Shown: piece by piece, positions 55,770 through 64,000 of the stretch | Numbering within the stretch: position 1 is the first letter of the stretch | How the letters are laid out: each line of letters opens with the position of its first letter | Source of the DNA: Eledone cirrhosa | Taxonomy: Eukaryota | Direction of reading: 5' to 3' | DNA length: 64,000 nt | Assembly: GCA_964016885.1 (NCBI GenBank) | Contig: OZ024765.1 | Coordinates: 1,488,001 to 1,552,000 of the forward strand | Notes under the pieces: model-generated | What the model was told of the DNA's origin: nothing | What the model saw: only the letters and a program-made list of their open reading frames with translations | Database searches by the model: none | Made by a program: the position numbers and the translations under genes

Positions 55770-57092
55770 TTAAGAGTTCGTTAAAGGTAGAGACCCAAAA
55801 CAAACACATGCTGTGGTACCACCAAAGCCTAAAGAATTACTAAGAGCAATCCTCCGTTGTGAACCATTATCCAAAAGTTTGGAACTATGAAGAGGAACTA
55901 AATTTAATCCTTCAAATTCTTTATCCGGATTTTCTAAATTAATCGTGGGCGGGACGTCACCGGTTTTGAGGGTTAGGACAGTAAACAACGCTTCAATACT
56001 TCCAGCACCCCCGAGTAGATGACCCGTAGCTCCTTTTGTTGAAGATATAACAAGTTTGTCACAATGGTTGCCAAAGAGGCGACGAATGGCCCGGATTTCG
56101 GCGGTATCACCAAGTGGGGTTGATGTGGCGTGTGCATTTATGTAATCAATAGCCGATACATCGATTCCAGCTTCTTCGATGGCCATTTTCATGCAGTGAA
56201 ACGAACCATAACCGTCTTCTCTGGGTGCTGTGATATGGTTCCCCTCACCGGTCAGACCATACCCGAGTACCTCAGCATAAATGGGGGCATTTCTTTGTTT
56301 AGCATGTTCCAGTTCTTCAAGAACGAGCAAAGCCGACCCTTCCGACATTACAAAACCGTCCCGTTGTTGGTCGAAGGGACGAGAAGATTTGTGAGGTTCC
56401 TCGTTGAAGCTTGTACTCAGCGCCCGAATTTTAGCAAAACCTGCCATAGCAAGAGGGTTAACAGCCGCATCAACCCCTCCAGCTAACATCACATCAGCAG
56501 AGTTGTATTTAATAAACCTAAATGCATCACCAATACTGTGCAACCCAGTGGCGCAAGCCGTCGACACCGAGTGATTCGGGCCATGAAACGAATACTTCAT
56601 GCTGATATGTCCAGCTGCCATATTAATAAGTATTTTAGGTATAAAAAAAGGGCTCACTTTTTTATAACCTTTCTCGTAGAGTATCTTACCGCTGTGATAA
56701 ATCTCTTCCATGTCAACCATGCCAACACCGACGGTTATTCCAGTCCGTAGTCGCTCCGTTTCAGAGTCGGGTTTCCAGGCAGCATCGTTCAGAGCATTTT
56801 CGGCCGCAATCAATGCATATATAGAAGACAAGGACAGTATCTTCTTCTGTGAAGGAGCAACAAAGCTGTCGATGTCCACAGCAGCTGTAGTGGGGGTCGA
56901 ACCATCGCCATTTTCTCCTACCCGAGGTACAACTCCGGCAACACGACAAGGTATACTCGCGTATAGTTTCTGCTCTTTCAAAGACGATATACCACAGTGT
57001 CCGGCCAACAAACGTTGCCATACTTGCTTGACATCACTTCCCAAGCAGGACACAAGTCCAGCCCCGGTTACTACCACACGTCTACCAGGCAT
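55770..57092 (-). CDS. OXSM: 3-oxoacyl-[acyl-carrier-protein] synthase (mitochondrial KAS, FabF-like), single coding exon, 440 aa
   Basis: Uninterrupted ORF with RRVVVTG N-terminus, catalytic Cys (TACATG), His (INAHATST), His (KGATGHLLG), SRPFD..RDGFV and NS.GFGG motifs. First in-frame ATG is at 57092; an in-frame TGA lies at 57144-57146. Confidence 0.93.
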   Translation of the reverse strand: MPGRRVVVTGAGLVSCLGSDVKQVWQRLLAGHCGISSLKEQKLYASIPCRVAGVVPRVGENGDGSTPTTAAVDIDSFVAPSQKKILSLSSIYALIAAENALNDAAWKPDSETERLRTGITVGVGMVDMEEIYHSGKILYEKGYKKVSPFFIPKILINMAAGHISMKYSFHGPNHSVSTACATGLHSIGDAFRFIKYNSADVMLAGGVDAAVNPLAMAGFAKIRALSTSFNEEPHKSSRPFDQQRDGFVMSEGSALLVLEELEHAKQRNAPIYAEVLGYGLTGEGNHITAPREDGYGSFHCMKMAIEEAGIDVSAIDYINAHATSTPLGDTAEIRAIRRLFGNHCDKLVISSTKGATGHLLGGAGSIEALFTVLTLKTGDVPPTINLENPDKEFEGLNLVPLHSSKLLDNGSQRRIALSNSLGFGGTTACVCFGSLPLTNS

Positions 57093-58395
57093 TGGAAGCT
57101 CCAAAGATCCGATACAACCGTGGATAATGTTTTTGTTTTGTATTCAACAGAAAAAAACTAAAGTCAAGGAAAAAATAAATAATTTGACATTGGACAAGGG
57201 AGATAACTACGTTCAGCCGAGAGAATTAATTAGTTTTTAAAATAATTATTTATTAACAATTAAACTACTTCTTCTAATTAAATTACAAAATATTTATATA
57301 ATATTTATGATTTATTGGCAAAAACGACAGATAAAAATAAATCAATAAAAATTAATCAGAAAGTAGAACTAACAAAACAAACACAAAAACAGACTTCAAT
57401 AACCGTAAATAGACAATATTTGTTTCTTACAATAAATTTTTGAAAAAAGCCAAGAAACTTCGGCATTTTTTATTAATTTATTTATTTTGTAAATTAAATA
57501 CATTATTTTTATTATTTAAATTATGTTTACAGTATAAAAAAATATATATATATATTTTTAAAAAAAGCAAGAACAAAAAAAGGTATTAATTAATAAATAA
57601 AAATAATTATTAAAATGTTTATAACGTAGAGTAATACTAAATTTCCGTTTTATTTATTTACTAATTTAACGAATACTTAATTAATGTTTTTATATTAATT
57701 ACAAAAGAGTTTCATAACTTTCTTTGTAGAGCAGAAGAATTATTCACAGCCAACGTTTCGTATTTTCACTTTTAATATCTTGTTGTTATTATTGTTGTTT
57801 TTGTTGTCGTTGTCGTTGTTGCTGTTGCTGTTGCAGGTCTTCTTCGCCTACCATTGACCTAGGGTTAAACAACAACAACTACAACCTTTACTAATTACAG
57901 AGCCTCTAATGTGGTCTCATCCGGTTATGCTAGAAATAGCAGCCAAAGCTATCAACCTCCTCAAGTCAACAGTATGACTAATTACAGCGTTAGAAGGACA
58001 TATTTGATAACATTATAGTTGCAGACACTTTAAATGGGCAATGATGGTCGTGGATGGAGTCTTGTTCTTTTTCGCCCACTTATTTCTGAGAGGGTCGTGG
58101 TAGGACTGAGTCCTCAAACACTCCTTCCATCAGATCCTGTGAAAAGCAACTGTCTCCAACTGATCCGACTGGATCTCTAAGTGAGACTAGCTAAGCTCAT
58201 GGATGTTATCCAACCACCTTGCTCGTGTCTACCCCTGGGTCTCTTGCTGGCTGGTTTTGCCTGTAAAATATATCTAGGGATTCTTGCTCATGGATGATTC
58301 TTGCTCATGGATGATTCTTGCTCATGGATGATTTTTGCTCATGGATGTTATCCAACCATCTTGCTCTTTTAATACTGATTTTTAATTAAAGTACG

Positions 58396-58487
<92 letters not shown>

Positions 58488-58489
<2 letters not shown>

Positions 58490-58676
58490 AACCAGTAAGA
58501 CCCCGACAGCTGAGCTCAAGCCGTTTCGACGGCTAATTGAGTCCAGAATTAGCCGTCGAAACGGCTTGAGCTCAGCTGTCGGGGTCTTACTGGTTCCTAT
58601 TACCCACTCTACTACCCCAAGTATTGAGTACTTTGGTGCGTTATGGCCCACCTGGTTCCTTACCACATTTCCTTCG

Positions 58677-58678
<2 letters not shown>
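58488..58678 (+). mobile_element. Family A element, fold-back form
   Basis: Near-identical to 43586-43773; (TA)n flanks. Confidence 0.75.
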
Positions 58679-58731
<53 letters not shown>

Positions 58732-58821
58732 CAAAAGTTCTATTTAAAATTGTTGGGATACAACAAGTAAATATTTTTATAACTGATATAAAGCACTCGA
58801 CAAGAATTTGGAGTAGATATA

Positions 58822-58878
58822 CTGATGAAGGCATACCATAATTTAATTTGGTATCCCTGAAATATGTATAATGAAATA
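58822..58878 (+). ncRNA. Hammerhead ribozyme motif (family B), 5' arm of helix I lost
   Basis: CTGATGA-[AGGCATACCA..TGGTATCCCT]-GAAA-TATGTA-TA-ATGAAATA followed by the family B tail; upstream bases do not pair with helix I. Confidence 0.55.
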
Positions 58879-58980
58879 AATATGGTTTTATAAATATAGT
58901 TTCCATTTATTAATATCGTATATATATATATATATATACATGGAAAGTTATATTTAAATTGTTGGGTTACAACTAGTAAA

Positions 58981-59020
<40 letters not shown>

Positions 59021-60724
59021 GAAGAATGAAATAGCTAGAATGGCGAAGGAGGGGGATGCCTTGCAGTAGTTGTTCTAGTAGTTTATGGTTTGTGTTGTGT
59101 TATAAGACTTAGTCTCTCGCCGCCCTGTTTAAAAGCATCTGGTTGTTTGGTACTTTTAGCAGAGTTCACCCTGTTGCATGCACCACGCCTTCAGCAGGCG
59201 GCGTCGTGCGGGGACCGAGACCAGGATCGGTGGTGGTGGTGGTGGTAGTTAAAGGAGGTACCCCCCCTCTCTCTCTCTCTCTCTTCATCCGTTCCTATCA
59301 CCATTCTTACAGCAGAACCTGCAATAAATAAATACATATTCTCAGGTGTTGCTGGCGAAGAATACTTTACGGTATTCCTTCCAGCTCTCTCTCTGCTCTC
59401 TGAGTTCAAATCCCGCCGAGGTCAACTTTGCTTTCATACTGTCGAGGTCGATAAAGAAAGTACCAGTTTAGTACTGGGGTTCGATTCTTCCTCTATATCT
59501 CTTTGTCATGTCCTCTCTCTCTCACTTTCTATCTTTCTCTGGAAGAAATCTGCTGTACTCGGGTCTGGAGAGGGAGGGGCTCCACCAGGTTTAAACTACC
59601 CAAGACATGCCGTATGTCAATAAGACACCCCCATGACTCTGTCAGGAGTTACGGGACCATACATACATACATACATACATACCGCTTAATACATTTTGCA
59701 AATCTATCAATACAAAAGCTGGAGAATCTAATAATAATAATTTCATTTTACATTTAAAAAAAGATTATATTTGACAAAGAAAAAAAAAAGAACATTACAA
59801 GAAATCCCATATTTACGAATTGAAATCCCATATTTACAATTACTGATTTCCCAATCCAACCCCCTATTTCCAGCACACCAGCCTCGCCATCACCCGAGGC
59901 AACACTGACAGTGTGCTGGCTTGCCTAAAAACTCATTAGAGAGGTTGCTCAGTACTCCTCGCTGCTGTCTTTTGCTCTGGTGTTGGCTCGGTTGTTCACC
60001 CCTTCCTTTACATTTTAATAATAATAATAATAATAATGAAATATTGTGTACAGTGCTCGGGTGCACTACAACTCATCAAAAGTGTATGTATAGTACATAG
60101 GGTAATGCATAAACGTCAGGAAAATGAACAGTGCATGAGTCATGATATACACATGTGTGCATGTGTATGGAAGGGGTACATCAGGTGTAGTTTAGGCGAA
60201 TTTCGGGAAGCATGAGGGTTTCAAAGGATGCTGAGTCTCGGCAGCTAACAACTGGCGCAGGCAGTTCTTTAATATTGCAACATTATACCCTGACAGAATC
60301 GCGAGCAATTTATAATGTTATCTAAGCATTTGTAATGTTATTTATGTATATATTTAAAATATATTTGTTGTTATTCTACTGTAAATGTATTTATATGCTC
60401 ATATTTGTGTTCATATTTTCACCCCCTATTATTTGGGACCCGAGAGTACCTCCCTATATTCATTTGTTCCTCTCACCATTCTTACAGCACCTGCAATAAA
60501 TAAATTACGTACATAAATTGTTCTGGGAGCTGTCTTTCCATCCGTGACCAAAAAGAGGGAAAATGTTAAGAAAAGAAATAATAAATAAAAGCGAAAAATG
60601 TAGCAGAATGAAGTCATCGAAAACGGTTGCGGTGAGAGTGAAGTATTTCATGTTTCTTGTGCGATATATGGCTTGTTCTCTCTCTCTCTATATATATATA
60701 TCTCTTTATTTGGTTATATATAAA

Positions 60725-60758
<34 letters not shown>

Positions 60759-61208
60759 TTTATCCCGGGTTCAATCAGAGGTAACCACAGTAAGTAAGGT
60801 ACTCAATACATAGCATAGTATAAATATTTAATATAGTAAGGATTCTACAAGAGTAGAACTGTTTCATTCGGAAAAAATCATCCTATATATACTGTAGTGT
60901 AAGTTTGGTAGAAATATCCAAGGGTAAGAACACTCAGTCGGTAGGACGAGTTAAGAATATTTAGTTACAACAGTGACATAAACAGGTACTTAAGTTTCGT
61001 TGGGTTATGCACCCCAACTCAGAAAATAAAAGATCTCACATGTGTGAGTGTGTGTGTCTAATATATATACACACACATATATATGTATATAATATATACA
61101 GACGCAAGGTGAGAATCTGTCTGTAAGTCGTTCACTGTTAACTTTTCTCGCAGTTTCCCCACTTCTAACCGAGTGTATATATACACCAACACCCACCCAT
61201 ATATACAT

Positions 61209-61293
<85 letters not shown>

Positions 61294-61450
61294 AGCTGTA
61301 TTACATGCACCCTCTCTATTGTTTGTGTTTGTATTATGTTATCTCATGTTCTCAATATTAGGGTATAAATATTGAGTTTTGTCATAAGTTAATCACTACC
61401 ATGACTGAATCTTAACCATCTACTATGTCAGGGTATGTCATGCATCATCT

Positions 61451-61517
61451 TATTTTATCTGATGAGGACGTACTGTTGAACTTAACTCAGTACCTCTGAA
61501 ATATGTATAATAAAATA
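61451..61517 (+). ncRNA. Type I hammerhead ribozyme motif (B-like core, different flank)
   Basis: TATTTTAT-CTGATGA-[GGACGTACTG..CAGTACCTCT]-GAAA-TATGTA-TA-ATAAAATA. Confidence 0.75.
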
Positions 61518-61655
61518 TAATTGATCACAAGAATATCTATTTTGTTAATATTTTGAATTAATATTATTAACTCTGGAAAACCTTTTTTTGTTGAGTGCTT
61601 CCAATCTATTGTAAAACTCATTCTTTGATGTATTCATTGAACCTTGTTTAACTTT

Positions 61656-61740
<85 letters not shown>

Positions 61741-62081
61741 ATAACGCCAACCATTGTAAGTTCGAATCTGACTGATATACAGACACATATATGAGAATAA
61801 GATAAGACCAAATCGTAGTAGATTCTAATATTACACAGAGACACACAAAGTTAGGAATTTGGAACCTACCAAGATTTGGTAGGTTCCAATCTCACACACA
61901 CGTAAAAATTAGGTGTAGGAGAAATGAAACTCGGCTTAGCCGTTCAAATCAAGCCTGGATACATGAGAAACTAAGTAATGGTGTAGCTTTTTGAAGACCC
62001 AGATGATTTACAAGTCGATACTAAATATGACGAACCATTAAGAAAGGCATGAACGACACTACATCTCTTTTTACTGGGTAT

Positions 62082-62367
62082 TTTGAAAGTAGGTTTATCA
62101 ATATCAATTTTCAGTAAATATATGTGGATGTTTCTATGGTCTAGCGGAAGGTCTAAGAGATGGTTGAAATCCTGGTCTGGGGTTCAATCCTACACTAAGC
62201 TTTTTCAGTTTTGATTTTGATATAAAAATTGAAAAAGCTAAGTGTAGGATACTGGCCAATATTGAACCCCAGACCAGAATATCCACCGTCTTTAATACCC
62301 CCCACTAGACCACAGAAACTACCACAAATAACTTTTGAAAATTGATATTTATAAACCTACTTTCAAA
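62082..62367. mobile_element. MITE-like long inverted repeat; a second partial copy lies at ~62740-62985
   Basis: TTTGAAAGTAGGTTTAT.AATATCAATTTTCA ... TGAAAATTGATATTTATAAACCTACTTTCAAA. Confidence 0.6.
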
Positions 62368-62380
62368 TAAATAAGTCAGT

Positions 62381-62660
62381 TTGGACAGCGCAGGCTGGCA
62401 ACGGGTGACACTACCAGCGAGGTTCTGTGGCCTCGACCTCCGATCAGTTTCGGACATAGCTTTACCTGCCTACCTTCCCTCTATCTCCTCTTGTCGCGCT
62501 CACGTCAGCGAGGTTCTCCGCCAGACGGCCGCACCTGACCTGGCCCCAGAGATGGAACAGGCTCTGGCTTACTGGACTGGCGAAGGCCTCTCTACACTCC
62601 AGTATACCACGGTCCAACGTAACTGGGATGTCATCAAATTGCAGGTCTTCGATCAGTATG
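62381..62660 (+). mobile_element. CRE-like non-LTR retrotransposon ORF fragment
   Basis: W.RVTLPARFCGLDLRSVSDIALPAYL resembles the W.QATLP.R.GGLG.R...A.PAFL post-RT motif. A C-terminal-like fragment SLAITRGNTDSVL lies at ~59880-59925. Confidence 0.5.
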
Positions 62661-63822
62661 TCGTTTTTGGAAGACCCAGATGATTTACAAATCATAAATA
62701 AATACATAAACAACACTACACCCTTTTTTACTAGGATTTTTGAAAGTAGGTTTATAAATATCAATTTTCAGTAGTTATTTATAGCAGTTTACTTGGCCTA
62801 GTGGGACATCTTAGAGACACTGGGAATGCTGGTCTCGGGTTCAAGCCTGTCCGGTGTCTTGGAAATGCTGGTCTGGGGGTTCAAGCCTGTCCGGTGTCTT
62901 ACACTGAAGTTTTGATTTTGAAATAAAAATTGAAAAATCTTAGTGTAGGATCTAGACCAGGATTGAACCCCCGACCAGTATAACCTAAGGGAGGGCTACA
63001 CGCCCCAGGGGAGGGCCTCACTTTAAAAATATATTTTTTGTATTTCATCATTAGTTTTTATTTAATCAAAAACTTCTACCTCTCTCTCTGTCTATCTCTC
63101 TATCTGTCTCCCCCCCCTTCTCCGTCTCTTTTTCTGCCTCTCTCTCTCTATATCTCTCTTTGTTCCTCTATCTATTTCTCTCTCTCTATCTATTTATCTA
63201 TCACTCTCACTGTAAGTCTGTCTCTCTCCCTCTCTATCTAGTTCCACCGTTTTCTTTTTCTCCCTCTCGTTTCATCTGTCTGTCTATTTCTCTTTCTCTG
63301 TTTACCTATCTATCTCTCCCTCTCTCACTGTGAGTCTCTCTGTTCCTCTCTCTCTCTCTCCCCGTCTCTCCTTCTCACGATATATCTCTCTCTGTTCGTC
63401 TGCCTATCTATTTATTTCTCTCTCTATCTACTAATCTCCCTCTCTCCGTCTTTCCCTCTCACTGTTCCTCTCTCTCTACTTATCTCCCTCTCCCTGTTCC
63501 TCAGTCTCTCTCTCTCTCTCTCTCCCTCTCTCTCTATCTACCTACCTATCGCTCTCTCCCCCCCTCTCTCTTCCTCAGTCAATCTCTATCTCTCTCGCCG
63601 TCTCTCTATCTATCTACCTCTCTCTCTCTCTCTATCTACCTACCTATCGCTCTCTCTCCCCCTCTCTCTTCCCCAGTCAATCTCTATCTCTCTCGCCGTC
63701 TCTCTATCTATCTACCTCTCTCTCTCCCTCTCTACCACAGTCGCAGCATCCAAACTTGGTTACCCTGCCCCAGAAGTAAGGCAAAAGTTGATTTAAAAAA
63801 CAGGAAGGAAGACAAGACAAAC

Positions 63823-63855
<33 letters not shown>

Positions 63856-64000
63856 TATCATATAATATATATATTTTATATTATATATATAATATATTAT
63901 ATACATCATATTAAATATATCTACACATATGTATGTATATATGTGTATATAATTATAAGGAGTTCATTTCACGAAATATTCTGGTAAGAAGAAAAAGAGA

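Noticed and set aside
55770-57092. Bacterial fabF contamination or horizontal transfer
   Set aside because: Embedded in host repeats, and motifs such as INAHATSTPLGD and VSPFFIPKILINMAAG are typical of eukaryotic OXSM; phylogeny would be needed to revisit this.
56130-57240. Plus-strand ORFs overlapping OXSM
   Set aside because: Antisense shadows of the real CDS.

Overview
Eukaryotic (animal) genomic DNA, very AT-rich and dominated by (TA)n/(CA)n/(CCA)n/(CT)n microsatellites, minisatellite arrays, tRNA-derived SINEs and LINE/DNA-transposon relics. The repeat landscape strongly resembles an octopod cephalopod genome (inference). Only two protein-coding signals are credible, both on the minus strand: an intronless beta-ketoacyl-ACP synthase (OXSM/FabF-like, 55770-57092) and the first coding exon of a ceramide synthase (CerS5/6-like, 33448-33626). 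No later CerS exon was recognised, so positions 1-33447 are probably largely intronic. Nearly all other ORFs are microsatellite artefacts. The most striking unexplained structure is a dense set of short, ORF-less elements inserted in (TA)n tracts. They carry minimal type I hammerhead ribozyme motifs (about 8 intact-looking cores and several decayed or half cores, from at least 6 sequence families). Many copies are fold-back palindromes whose axis lies in or just 5' of the ribozyme, consistent with Penelope-like/retrozyme-type retroelement ends. All structures were folded by eye and coordinates of repeats are approximate.
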